64,000 bases of DNA from Sedimentisphaerales bacterium (GTDB lineage: Bacteria > Planctomycetota > Phycisphaerae > Sedimentisphaerales > SM23-30), in the NCBI GenBank assembly GCA_963666285.1, contig OY762711.1; one strand, given 5' to 3'. The translations under genes and the position numbers were made by a program. The notes under the pieces were generated by a model. It ran no database searches. It was not told where the DNA came from and saw only the letters and a program-made list of their open reading frames with translations. Below are positions 36,570 through 47,046 of this stretch, in pieces. The number at the start of each line of letters is the position of its first letter. Position 1 is the first letter of the stretch.

Positions 36570-38765
36570 TTATTCAATAACATTTGTGCATGTCGGCAAA
36601 AGACCGCAATCAAGCCATTCTGACATAAACATTGCAAAGTCTTCGAGATTAACTTTACAATCATTATTAAGATCATAATTAAGCTCAACAACACATAGAT
36701 CGCCACCGGCAATAGCTACATAAGATTGAGCTACATCAGTTGCAGATAATGCATAATTATACACTTTCACTTCATCCATTGCACCTGCAAAGTATTCACT
36801 ATCATTTGTAGTATTTGTTCGGCCAATATGGAAGTTAATACTTGAAGGAACTGCATGCGGCTGTGGATTATTTGAGCCGGCCTCAATACCATCTATGTAT
36901 ATTACCTTTGTGACGCCATCATAAGTTGCAACTATCTGATGCCATTTTTCATCTGCCAGGCTATAACCGCGACTGGCAGACAAATCATTATCCCACCAAT
37001 AGTTATTAACCCAGTCAGGAGCACCGGAATAAATCGCAATTGCATTTACCTGGTTATAAGTGCCATAATTGCCCCATCCAATAAAGCCTTCGCTCTTTGG
37101 ACTTGTCTTAGCCCAAACAGACATAGTATATGGTGAATCACCAACTGGTATATCGTTCATTGTACCATCTGCCTTTTTGGTCCCAAGTGAAAATTCACCA
37201 TTAAATACAACTGCACCACTCTCTGAACCATCAGCACCGGCAGTCCATTCGAAAGTATCAGGAACAATACTCAGAGCTGTTAGGTCATTATCAGAATCTG
37301 AAAGATCAAGCCATAAATAATTCGGATCTGTTACTCCCGGATCATCCAGGTCCCAATAACCTACCAAGCGACTTATCTTCAAAGTTACAGTATCTGATGC
37401 AATAGTACCGGCCGAATTTGTAACTTCACAATAGAACGAATCTTCATTTGCAATTTGAGCTCCGGTAATTAACAATGTAGCAGTTTTAGAACCACTGACA
37501 TTCCCACTATCACTGACAGCACCATCCAGATTGAACCATTGATAACTGGCAGTAGAAACAGAATAAACATCAAAAGTAAACTCTGCATTTTCACCGGCAA
37601 ATACCTGTAATGATTCCGGCTGCGACTGAATAACCGGGTATGTCTTATTTGTATCAAATGACCAGATCACACCTGGCACATCATAATTCGGATCATCAGC
37701 AACTTCTGACTCTACCACTGACCAGTAATAAGTTGTATCAGTACTCAAACCATCAACTACAATACTTTCTGTTGAAGGATTACCTTTCAATGCTGCTGAA
37801 GAAGCAGAAATTACTTCATCTATATTATCGCTTACATATACTTTATACTCTACAGGCGATACATTAGTTCCAGAAATCCAGCTAAGAGTAACAGGCTGAC
37901 TCGAATCTACATCAATTCCGCCATCGGCAGGTACCGGAGTATTGGCTTTTGCATCTGTGTTATAAAATCTAACAGCATCTTTATAAGTAGAAGCTACACA
38001 AATTTCATCAAACTGAGCTACACGGCCGGCCGGATCAACCCAGGTTGCAAAAGTAATTGCATTAAAAGTCATATCACCGGCATTTACCAGATCGGGATCT
38101 TTTACCGGCTCTGCATCAAGCGATGGCTGACGATAAACAGTTACATCATCACCATCTGCTTCAAAATCAATCTTTACAACATACAATTCAGTGTCTGTTG
38201 TGCCGTCACCCAGATAATTCAGATGCACGCCTATATTACTTGGGTCGGTATTACGATCTCTATAAGCACATACCTGAATAGTGCTATTCATATCATTACC
38301 AATATATAAAATTGCTCCGCCATCACCAAGGTCATTACGTTTCAATTCGAAAGCAAAAAATGGTGACGTATAGTTCGTTTTCATCAGGAAACTCAGATAA
38401 ATAGTCTGACCATTATTACCAATTACACCACCATTGTTGTATTCACCCAAAGAACCTTCAACATCAAGAAAACGCCCCGCACGAGTACCGTCCCAAACAG
38501 GCACATAAGCCTGAAACATACCGCTGCCATTTTGATAAGCGGTATCTACACCCGGATAAATCAAACTTTCCGGCAATACTGTGCAATTTGAGGCAATACC
38601 GCCACCTGTTCCCCAGGAACCGGTAAAGCCGTATGTCTGAACTGCTTCATCCACTATTTCGCCAGGAGCATAAGTAAATGTATCATAAGCATAAACTTCA
38701 CCAAACACAACATTAACCATACTGAACAATAGTACTAATTGTAAAATTGACAACATTTTCTTCAT
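36570..38765 (-). CDS. Secreted Ig/LamG protein with dockerin-like C-terminus
   Basis: WHQIVATYDG...YIDG...MDEVKVYNYALS; DLNNDCKVNLEDFAMFMSEWL. Confidence 0.85.
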   Translation of the reverse strand: MKKMLSILQLVLLFSMVNVVFGEVYAYDTFTYAPGEIVDEAVQTYGFTGSWGTGGGIASNCTVLPESLIYPGVDTAYQNGSGMFQAYVPVWDGTRAGRFLDVEGSLGEYNNGGVIGNNGQTIYLSFLMKTNYTSPFFAFELKRNDLGDGGAILYIGNDMNSTIQVCAYRDRNTDPSNIGVHLNYLGDGTTDTELYVVKIDFEADGDDVTVYRQPSLDAEPVKDPDLVNAGDMTFNAITFATWVDPAGRVAQFDEICVASTYKDAVRFYNTDAKANTPVPADGGIDVDSSQPVTLSWISGTNVSPVEYKVYVSDNIDEVISASSAALKGNPSTESIVVDGLSTDTTYYWSVVESEVADDPNYDVPGVIWSFDTNKTYPVIQSQPESLQVFAGENAEFTFDVYSVSTASYQWFNLDGAVSDSGNVSGSKTATLLITGAQIANEDSFYCEVTNSAGTIASDTVTLKISRLVGYWDLDDPGVTDPNYLWLDLSDSDNDLTALSIVPDTFEWTAGADGSESGAVVFNGEFSLGTKKADGTMNDIPVGDSPYTMSVWAKTSPKSEGFIGWGNYGTYNQVNAIAIYSGAPDWVNNYWWDNDLSASRGYSLADEKWHQIVATYDGVTKVIYIDGIEAGSNNPQPHAVPSSINFHIGRTNTTNDSEYFAGAMDEVKVYNYALSATDVAQSYVAIAGGDLCVVELNYDLNNDCKVNLEDFAMFMSEWLDCGLLPTCTNVIE

Positions 38766-38901
38766 TGCTTTCTCCTTAAATCAAATTATTCACATATTTA
38801 ATATTACTTTTTCTATCATAGTCACATCTTAGCCATATATTTGAACAAATATACTTTTTCATTTCATTTAATTAACCTCCGTAAATTATATATTTTTTTC
38901 G

Positions 38902-39723
38902 TTATTTAACATTTTTTACCCAGCCAATACCACCCCATAACGACCTGACAAGTTTATCAATATCCATATTTCCGGTTTCTATCCTGCGCCAATATGAAGC
39001 ATCGTTAGGATTCTCAAGCTGGTCAGCCTCTTCTGCAAAATCGAGTGTGCGTTTATCATCCCATTTCCAATGTTCGGCGTGACCATCAATAAAAGCAAAT
39101 GTTGTACCATTTCCATGACGATTTGGCACAGGATCCCACCATTGCTGTGTGGCATACATTATACTCCACGATGCTGGTGTAGCCCAACCTTCATCAATAA
39201 ACATCATGCGCTCTGAAGGAAATTTGACTCTAGTTAAATTTTTTACTAATCCTGATTCCGGGGCTCCACTAACTGCAAGCAAACCCAGATTATCATATGC
39301 AAAAGAATCTGGAATCGAGTATGATCTCGCCTGACCCTTTCGCGATGTTGGACACCTGAATAACTCAACCTGATCACCGGCATATCGCCATAACAAACCA
39401 CGCTCAATTGCTTCCATTTGCTGCTGTTCTTTTTCGATACTATTATCTAAATTGTAATAGGCAAGACCGCCGGAATGGTCTACCCAGGCAAAGTCACCAT
39501 CAGTACTTCCGGAAGGAACCTTATCGTCATTGTCATTTGCATATAAAACCATAATAGAAGTTAAAGATTTCAAATTCGACAAACAGCTTATTCGCTTACC
39601 GGCTTCCCTGGCACGACTTAAGGCCGGCATTAATATCGAAACCAGTAAAGCAATTATTGAAATCACAACTAACAACTCGATTAACGTAAAACCATTCTTT
39701 TTTGATTGATAATTCAAATGCAA
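38902..39723 (-). CDS. Prepilin-type N-terminal cleavage / DUF1559-like protein
   Basis: [27 protein letters not shown]9-DG motif [14 protein letters not shown]. Confidence 0.92.
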   Translation of the reverse strand: MHLNYQSKKNGFTLIELLVVISIIALLVSILMPALSRAREAGKRISCLSNLKSLTSIMVLYANDNDDKVPSGSTDGDFAWVDHSGGLAYYNLDNSIEKEQQQMEAIERGLLWRYAGDQVELFRCPTSRKGQARSYSIPDSFAYDNLGLLAVSGAPESGLVKNLTRVKFPSERMMFIDEGWATPASWSIMYATQQWWDPVPNRHGNGTTFAFIDGHAEHWKWDDKRTLDFAEEADQLENPNDASYWRRIETGNMDIDKLVRSLWGGIGWVKNVK

Positions 39724-40025
39724 CCTCCGAAATTTACAAAACGCAACTTAATTGTTATATATAAAATAACATCGTTTTACATATATGTCAATAAATTATT
39801 ACTTTTTTTTATAAATATTTCTCTTTAATTACACAAAATACTAAACATATATTACTATAAACGATTACATTACAATTTGTTACAACACATCACCCCCACC
39901 CTGACACGCCCAAAACAAACTACCCCAATATGTAATTTTATATTTGACATTTACCTTTACTTGTTGTATTATTTCATTAGTCAATCATAAGCAATAATTA
40001 TTTTCACACAGAAAACAGGTAAATA

Positions 40026-40991
40026 ATGATACATAATACAAACCATCCAACAATCGTAGGGATAGGCGAACTACTCTGGGATATGCTGCCGGGAAACCCT
40101 AGACTTGGCGGCGCACCAACAAACTTTGCCCTGCACTCAAACGCCTTAGGCGGCAAGGCCGCTATTGTCAGCGCTGTCGGTTCAGACAAACTCGGACAAG
40201 ATATCCTCAACCAACTACAAGCCAAGCAAATCGAAACCAGATACATAGAAACCAATACACTGCCAACAAGTCAGGTAGATGTCCTGGTCTGTGACAAAGG
40301 GCATCCAACATACACTATTCACGAAAATGTGGCATGGGACAACCTAAGCCTTCCCCCTAAATCTATAGAGCTTGCTAAATCATGTAACGCCGTCTGCTTT
40401 GGCACCCTGGCACAGAGAAAACCTATATCTAGAACTGCTATACAGAAATTTCTTGCAAATACAAACAAAGACTGCCTGAAAATATTCGACATCAACCTTC
40501 GACAAAATCACTACACTCCCGACACAATCTACGAATCACTCCAAACGGCAAACATCCTGAAACTTAACGACGACGAACTGATACTGCTACAAAAATTATT
40601 CAACTTGCCGACTGACACAAACTCTGCCCTTGAATCTATACTTAATCACTATAAGCTAAAACTAATCGCCTTGACCAAAGGAGCCGAAGGGAGTATTATG
40701 ATGGACAAAAATAGTATTTCATACTGTCCCGGATTAGAAGTAAATGTAAAAGATACCGTTGGCGCCGGAGATTCGTTCACCGCAGCAATGACTATAGGCT
40801 TATTATCAAAAATGCCGCTCAATACAATCAACCGGGCTGCTACACAAATTGCTGCATATGTTTGCTCACAACCAGGCGCAACCCCAACCCTGCCTGAAAC
40901 TTTAATTTCAGAACTTAAATACAATATGCCGACTATAATTGAAGAAACTAACACTAAAACAGCTAATTCAAAAAAACATTTCAAAAACTAA
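40026..40991 (+). CDS. PfkB family kinase, probable fructokinase
   Basis: GGAPTNFA, DINLR, DTVGAGDSF; GH32 context. Confidence 0.9.
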   Translation: MIHNTNHPTIVGIGELLWDMLPGNPRLGGAPTNFALHSNALGGKAAIVSAVGSDKLGQDILNQLQAKQIETRYIETNTLPTSQVDVLVCDKGHPTYTIHENVAWDNLSLPPKSIELAKSCNAVCFGTLAQRKPISRTAIQKFLANTNKDCLKIFDINLRQNHYTPDTIYESLQTANILKLNDDELILLQKLFNLPTDTNSALESILNHYKLKLIALTKGAEGSIMMDKNSISYCPGLEVNVKDTVGAGDSFTAAMTIGLLSKMPLNTINRAATQIAAYVCSQPGATPTLPETLISELKYNMPTIIEETNTKTANSKKHFKN

Positions 40992-41027
40992 CAGCAACAT
41001 AAAAAGTATTTCTTACAGGAAAATCAC

Positions 41028-42626
41028 ATGCACAGCAAAAAGCTATTTATATGGGCACTAACATCAGCCCTGGCAGGTTTTTTATTCGGTTTTGACACAA
41101 TCGTAATATCGGGAGCAGAAAAAGACTTTCAGGCCTTATGGCAGCTGGACAGCTTCACCCACGGACTGGCTATGAGCATGGCTTTATGGGGTACCGTTAT
41201 TGGTGCAATATTCGGCGGAATACCCACCGCCAAGTTTGGCCGCAAAAAAACACTCGTTACAATTGGTTTTCTTTATTTTATCTCTGCCGTACTGTCTGGA
41301 ATAGCTCCAAATGTGTCATTTTTCATGTTCGCACGACTAATCGGCGGATTGGGAGTTGGGGCCGCTACCGTAGCTGCACCAATGTTCATATCGGAAATCT
41401 CCCCTGCACAAAGCCGCGGAAAACTTTCCGGCATGTTCCAGTTTAATATCGTATTTGGCATACTTGTCGCTTTTTTGTCAAATTTTATCATTGCCAAATG
41501 TATCGACAGTTCAGTTGCATGGAGATGGATGTTAGGCATCGAAGCTGTTCCGGCCCTTATCTATACAATATTATCATTCAGCCTACCCGAAAGCCCTAGA
41601 TGGCTCATAACACATGCCAAAAACATTGAAAAAGGAACAGAAATTTTCAAGCAAGTCAACCCGGACTACAGTGATGCTGAAATAAATGCTATGGTTCGCG
41701 AAGTTGAAGCAACCACTATGGATGAGAAGAAATCTAATGGCTTCTGGTCAACAAGATTAAAAATACCAATACTTTTAGCGTTTCTCGTTGCATTTTTTAA
41801 TCAGTTTTCCGGAATTAACATTATCCTTTATTTTGCTCCGCGACTATTAGGTCTGGCCGGTATGGAAAACGCTTTACTTGCTTCATCTGCATTAGGACTG
41901 ACAAATTTAATATTTACCTTTGTCGGTCTATGGCTTATCGACAAGCTTGGAAGGCGATCTCTACTATATATAGGTTCATTTGGCTACATCCTGTCACTGG
42001 GCATTTGCGCCTACGCATTTCTTACCACACCACTGTTTGAAACCTTTTCAACCGCTGAAAACACAATTGCCAGCACTAAAAATGTCCAGGCCATTGAGAA
42101 CGAAACTCGATATTTCTCAGAAAAAGACAAAGAGAAAATATTAAAAGATTATAAAACTAACCTGTCATTACTGGAAAAAGCTACACTGATAGATGAATAC
42201 AGCGGAGATAAGATAGACATTGCCGACAGTACGGACACTGCATCTGTACTGGAAATCGCAAAACAGGTAAAAACCCAGGCATCAGAAGGCCTTGGCATCA
42301 AAAGCTCACTGGTACTTGTGTGCCTGCTGGCATTCATCGCTGCTCATGCCGTAGGACAGGGAACTGTTATTTGGGTCCTGATCTCAGAAATATTCCCTAA
42401 CGACCATCGAGCCGCCGGCCAGGCTCTGGGCAGCTCTACCCACTGGGTATGTGCCGCCGGACTTACATTTTTGTTCCCGATTGCACTTGACTTCTTCGGC
42501 CCTGGAATACTTTTTGGCTTTTTCTGCTTCATGATGATCTTGCACCTCATCTGGGTTAAAACTATGGTTCCGGAAACCAAGGGAATATCACTGGAGCAGA
42601 TCCAGAAAGAACTTGGAATTGAATAA
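41028..42626 (+). CDS. MFS sugar porter
   Basis: GFLFGFD, PESPRW, NQFSGIN, PETKG. Confidence 0.93.
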   Translation: MHSKKLFIWALTSALAGFLFGFDTIVISGAEKDFQALWQLDSFTHGLAMSMALWGTVIGAIFGGIPTAKFGRKKTLVTIGFLYFISAVLSGIAPNVSFFMFARLIGGLGVGAATVAAPMFISEISPAQSRGKLSGMFQFNIVFGILVAFLSNFIIAKCIDSSVAWRWMLGIEAVPALIYTILSFSLPESPRWLITHAKNIEKGTEIFKQVNPDYSDAEINAMVREVEATTMDEKKSNGFWSTRLKIPILLAFLVAFFNQFSGINIILYFAPRLLGLAGMENALLASSALGLTNLIFTFVGLWLIDKLGRRSLLYIGSFGYILSLGICAYAFLTTPLFETFSTAENTIASTKNVQAIENETRYFSEKDKEKILKDYKTNLSLLEKATLIDEYSGDKIDIADSTDTASVLEIAKQVKTQASEGLGIKSSLVLVCLLAFIAAHAVGQGTVIWVLISEIFPNDHRAAGQALGSSTHWVCAAGLTFLFPIALDFFGPGILFGFFCFMMILHLIWVKTMVPETKGISLEQIQKELGIE

Positions 42627-42740
42627 ACCATGAAACCACACCGACATACTGCAGCAAAGAAAAAAAATGCTTTTCAGGTCATTATATTTTGTGTAGAATG
42701 TAATCTTCGCATAAGATATGTTTAATTAACAATTTACAGA

Positions 42741-43901
42741 TTGACCGTTCTTCGGTTGCAATATGGAATTCCGATGTGTGCAAAAAAAACGACACCTGAT
42801 ATCAGTTTTGACTCAAATCAAAAATTCTACAAGCTATACAAACTGCTTAAAGATGATATCGAGAATAATCTTTACTCCGACTCTAATAAACTTCCAACCG
42901 AAATCGAGCTCGCAGAACAACATAGCGTTTCCAGACCGACAGTAGCAAAAGCCCTCGAACTTCTTAGACGATCGGGATACATCGAACGAGTCAGCGGCGT
43001 TGGTACGTTTGTCAAATACAAACCCAACTCGGATATCAAAAATTTCGCCCTGCTTATCCCGGGCCTCGGCGAAACCGAAATATTTGAATCTATCTGCAGC
43101 CACATGTCAAACCTGGCCCAGACCAGAAACTTTAATCTTATTTGGAGCGGCTCAATCCAGGAAGATGCCGAAATGCGCCGCCAGCATATCAAACAGCTCG
43201 CTCAACGCTACATCGAACAACAAAACATAGACGGCGTTTTCTTTACACCACTGGAACTCACCTGCGAAAAAGACCTGGTCAATATGGAAATTGTCCAACT
43301 TTTTGACAAAGCAGGAATTCCCGTAATCCTAATGGACCGCGACATTGTCTCATTTCCTTTGAGGAGCAACTACGATATTGTCTGTGTAGACAACTTCAGG
43401 CTGACTTTTCTCTTAACTCAACATCTGATCCAGCAAGGGTGCGAAGATATAATTTTTGTTGCCAGACCATACTCTGCACCCACTGTCCAAATGAGAATTT
43501 TTGGCTACAAACAAGCCATGAATGATACCAAGCCGAATGCAAGGCCAACCAGGGTCGCTATCGAAGACAATTTTAACACCGACTTCATCAACAACCTTCT
43601 AAAAGACTGCTGCAAACCGGGAATAATATGTGCTAACGATACAACCGCATCCAAACTCATGCACGCAATTGAAGAATGCGGCTACTCCATACCAAATGAT
43701 GTTAAAGTTGTCGGCGTAGACGACATAAAATACGCCAACTACCTGCGCGTTCCGCTAACTACCTACAAACAGCCATGCAAAGACATCGCAGAAGAAGCGA
43801 TAGAACTCATGTTCAGTAGAATCCAGGAGCCGGCACACTGCGCCCGCACAGTTTACCTTGCCGGCGAACTGATCGTTCGCAAATCAACGTCAAATCAATA
43901 A
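42741..43901 (+). CDS. GntR-HTH plus LacI-type sugar-binding domain regulator
   Basis: LPTEIELAEQHSVSRPTV...GVGTFV; CAND, VVGVDD, PLTT. Confidence 0.9.
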   Translation: MTVLRLQYGIPMCAKKTTPDISFDSNQKFYKLYKLLKDDIENNLYSDSNKLPTEIELAEQHSVSRPTVAKALELLRRSGYIERVSGVGTFVKYKPNSDIKNFALLIPGLGETEIFESICSHMSNLAQTRNFNLIWSGSIQEDAEMRRQHIKQLAQRYIEQQNIDGVFFTPLELTCEKDLVNMEIVQLFDKAGIPVILMDRDIVSFPLRSNYDIVCVDNFRLTFLLTQHLIQQGCEDIIFVARPYSAPTVQMRIFGYKQAMNDTKPNARPTRVAIEDNFNTDFINNLLKDCCKPGIICANDTTASKLMHAIEECGYSIPNDVKVVGVDDIKYANYLRVPLTTYKQPCKDIAEEAIELMFSRIQEPAHCARTVYLAGELIVRKSTSNQ

Positions 43902-43913
43902 TTGAGTATTCAT

Positions 43914-43956
43914 AAAAAAAGCACTCATCCCAATTCACAATCAGGATGAATGCTTT
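43914..43956. terminator. Bidirectional terminator
   Basis: AAAGCACTCATCC...GGATGAATGCTTT between convergent genes. Confidence 0.6.
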
Positions 43957-44029
43957 GTTATTTTATCTTATTCTACCCAGACAGTTTCTTGTCCTTCAAA
44001 ACCCCTGCCTGAATAATAACAATCACTTA

Positions 44030-44911
44030 TCAGTCTTCCAATGGTCTTATCCAGATATTCCTGAATCTTACCGGATTGCCATGGTCCTGTAACTTAATCG
44101 GCAACGCATCATCATGCGGAAAATATTCCGAAACTGAATGATGACCTGTCCAGTTGGTACCGCCAGTCAAAAACACATGGTCCTGAATCAGTACACCATT
44201 ATGAAGAACTGTAAAGGTAGCCTGACGGATAACCTTGCCATCATCTCCAAAAATCGGACGGTGGAAAATAATATCATATGTCTGCCACTGACCCGGACCG
44301 CGAGATGCATTTACTAACGGCTTACTTCTTCCATATAGCGCCCCGGCCTGACCATCCGGATAAGTTTGATTGTTATAACAATCCAAAACCTGAACTTCAT
44401 AGATACCCTGCAAAAACACCCCGCTATTACCCCTGCCTTGGCCGTCACCTTTCACTGTTGAAGGAGATGCCCATTCTACATGCAGCTGACATGAGCCAAA
44501 CTTCTGTTTGGTCTGAATCATACCGGCCTTGTCAACCGACTCAAGCGCTCCGTCAACATACTTCCACTTAGTCTTACTGCCGTCAGTCGCTTCCCAGTTT
44601 TCCATAGATTCCTTACTGCCGTCAAACAATACAACAGCATCGGAAGGAGCACTGCCGACCTTATCGCCACAACTAGGCTCACCCGGAGTCACTACTTTAG
44701 GCTGCGGCTGCTTGGCCGGGTCTGTCTCATGAACCAGGACTCCGTTAATTGACGTCATCTCATGAGTTTTACCTTCACTATCTGTTACAGTCCATTTTTT
44801 TATAACAGGTGCAGTTTTGCCTTTACAGCTTTCACATAGCTCTGCCGTAGCATTAGCGACCAACAATGAAAACACCAAACCCAACTGTAATACAGCAATA
44901 TAAAACTTCAT
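44030..44911 (-). CDS. DUF1080 (3-keto-disaccharide hydrolase-like) protein
   Basis: GNSGVFL, YEVQVLD, LQDHG..VRFRNIWI. Confidence 0.9.
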   Translation of the reverse strand: MKFYIAVLQLGLVFSLLVANATAELCESCKGKTAPVIKKWTVTDSEGKTHEMTSINGVLVHETDPAKQPQPKVVTPGEPSCGDKVGSAPSDAVVLFDGSKESMENWEATDGSKTKWKYVDGALESVDKAGMIQTKQKFGSCQLHVEWASPSTVKGDGQGRGNSGVFLQGIYEVQVLDCYNNQTYPDGQAGALYGRSKPLVNASRGPGQWQTYDIIFHRPIFGDDGKVIRQATFTVLHNGVLIQDHVFLTGGTNWTGHHSVSEYFPHDDALPIKLQDHGNPVRFRNIWIRPLED

Positions 44912-45120
44912 AGAAACTCCTAAAAATAAACATACATTTTTTCAAAAACAGAAAAACTTTAAACACAGTTACAAACAGATAACTGAGAATAATACTATTG
45001 TATAAACCTCAGAAAAGAAAACAAGAAAAAACAACGCATAGTACAATATTAGCTTACTATCTGCAATATAACAACAAATATCAATAATGCATAAGATTGT
45101 GCAAATTTATTACAAACGTT

Positions 45121-45523
45121 CTAAAACTGCCTCCGACGACGCCTATGAAGTATAATAAAAACGCCAAGAACCAGGCTGCCTACTACAGCAGGTCCAGGAA
45201 CATACCCTACCACATAACCCGGAACAATATCACCAAAATCGTTCCGATTTTCTCCTTTGGAATTACCGCAACCATAGCTTACTTTCACAGTTTTAAGTTG
45301 CAATAACGAAGCACCTTTGGCAAATAGCCCTCATGCAATGTTATCGCAGCCAGACAACCTCCCGCTGATTCGGCAGCCGTTTTTGCATCACCCCCCAAAA
45401 TACTCCCATCAATCACTACAACCTTATACCCATAACCACTACTCGCTTCAGACCGCTCAAACAGATCTGCATGCAAACCTGAAACAAACAAAAAATAGAC
45501 AACAAAAATATCAAACTTCTCAT
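45121..45523 (-). pseudogene. Degraded PEP-CTERM lectin-like gene
   Basis: Fragments in different frames: signal MRSLIFLLSIF, DAKTAAESAGGCLAAIT, and GYVVGYVPGPAVVGSLVLGVFIILHRRRRR. Confidence 0.55.
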
Positions 45524-46040
45524 AACTCCACCATCTCCACCATATAATAATCAGGAAACTTAAGAACCTGATTTTATCACATATTGCACCACCACTGTCC
45601 ACATATGGATCACATTCACAGTTATAACTACTTATGCCACACAAGCAATACCAGCTTAAAATCAACATATAATAAGCAAACATAAACATCTGTCAGCCTG
45701 TCAATATAACAAATTTATTATTAAATAGTGAAATACAGATATATATCACTAATCTACACCCTTGGATAATTAACAAATAAAGTAATAAATACGGACAAAA
45801 CCTATCTACTTCACCCACGGTCCCCAAGCAATAATCACCTTAAACTATTTATTTACCATACTTTGCGACGCTGCTAGACAGGAAAGTAAAAAATATATCA
45901 GAAAAAATATATTATTTAGGAAAAATATAATGACTCTGCCATATGGATTAATGTAGTTGATGATTTTAAAGTAAGCTCTCTTAATTAATTTGTTTCTGTG
46001 ATATTTATTCAAAAAACAATAACCTGAATATGGTGATATT

Positions 46041-46655
46041 TTGAACAGATTTAGAAATCACATAATAACAGCCTGTCTGGCAGCATTACTATTGACCATA
46101 CATTCAAGCTTAATGTTGCGTAAAACCACACCGGCTATTGCAGAATTTACATGCCACACAGATAAATCTGGCAGTATAGATATCTTCTATAATGTTGTAC
46201 CTGTACAATTCGGAACAATACTGAAATTCTCCCAACCGGCATCAGCCTGGTCAAACCAATACCTCGAAATACACCTTCAGGTTCCGCTAACAGGTACAGC
46301 AACTGCTGGATATTTTTCTAAATACATATATACAATCAATCTACCCGTTAAAATTGTAGCAAACAATAGAATGTATAACAGCTTTAGTAAAACATTAAAA
46401 TCAAAAAATGATATTACTGAAATTGTATTGCTTGGTGCCAATCCTAACGAATTAGATCCTCCGACACCAAGTCCAATGTCATGGGCAGTTGCTTCTTATA
46501 CGGACAGTATAAGTTCTACCGCAATAAGAGCAACTGTCACCTCTGAAATAAAAAGTGAAGAATACGATTGTTCAAACACTTATAGCAGCAACCTGATTTA
46601 CACTATTAAAGATAAAGCCATAAATTATTATAGAAATATACCTGTGAGTGTATAA
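46041..46655 (+). CDS. Hypothetical exported protein
   Basis: N-terminal hydrophobic stretch, 204 aa. Confidence 0.5.
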   Translation: MNRFRNHIITACLAALLLTIHSSLMLRKTTPAIAEFTCHTDKSGSIDIFYNVVPVQFGTILKFSQPASAWSNQYLEIHLQVPLTGTATAGYFSKYIYTINLPVKIVANNRMYNSFSKTLKSKNDITEIVLLGANPNELDPPTPSPMSWAVASYTDSISSTAIRATVTSEIKSEEYDCSNTYSSNLIYTIKDKAINYYRNIPVSV

Positions 46656-46742
46656 GCCTGTAAGAGCTTATTTTGAAAGTAGAGTATTAGCTTCTAGCGA
46701 GTAGATAGATGGAGAGACTGAAAGTTAGATAGAAGCAATTAT

Positions 46743-46781
46743 CCCGCTTGTATGATTTTTTGTGCAAGCGGGTATTTTTTT
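46743..46781 (+). terminator. Intrinsic terminator
   Basis: CCCGCTTGTA...TGCAAGCGGG followed by T run. Confidence 0.65.
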
Positions 46782-46825
46782 CTTAATATTATTTATTGAA
46801 TTCCAATACTACCGCTATTATTATT

Positions 46826-46992
46826 TAAGGATACCTTTGGAAATTGCTTTTGATGTGAGAACTAAATATTTTGTTTGCTGACAAGGAAGGTAAAACTGCT
46901 CATATTTAATGATATTTGCGGTTTTGTATGACGCAGTTCAGCGAGCAAAAGAGTAGTTCGCAACACAAAATGATTTTTTAGAGGTGACTCTA
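46826..46992. repeat. ~165-bp MITE-like repeat, copy 1
   Basis: Colinear with 52642..52806 (GGAAATTGCTTTT...TTTTGTTTGCTG...GCGGTTTT...TGACGCAG...AAAATGATTTTTTAGAG). Confidence 0.75.
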
Positions 46993-47046
46993 TAGTTATC
47001 TTTCACAATTTTCAAGTGGAAATTTATATTTTACAAAAGGCTACTT

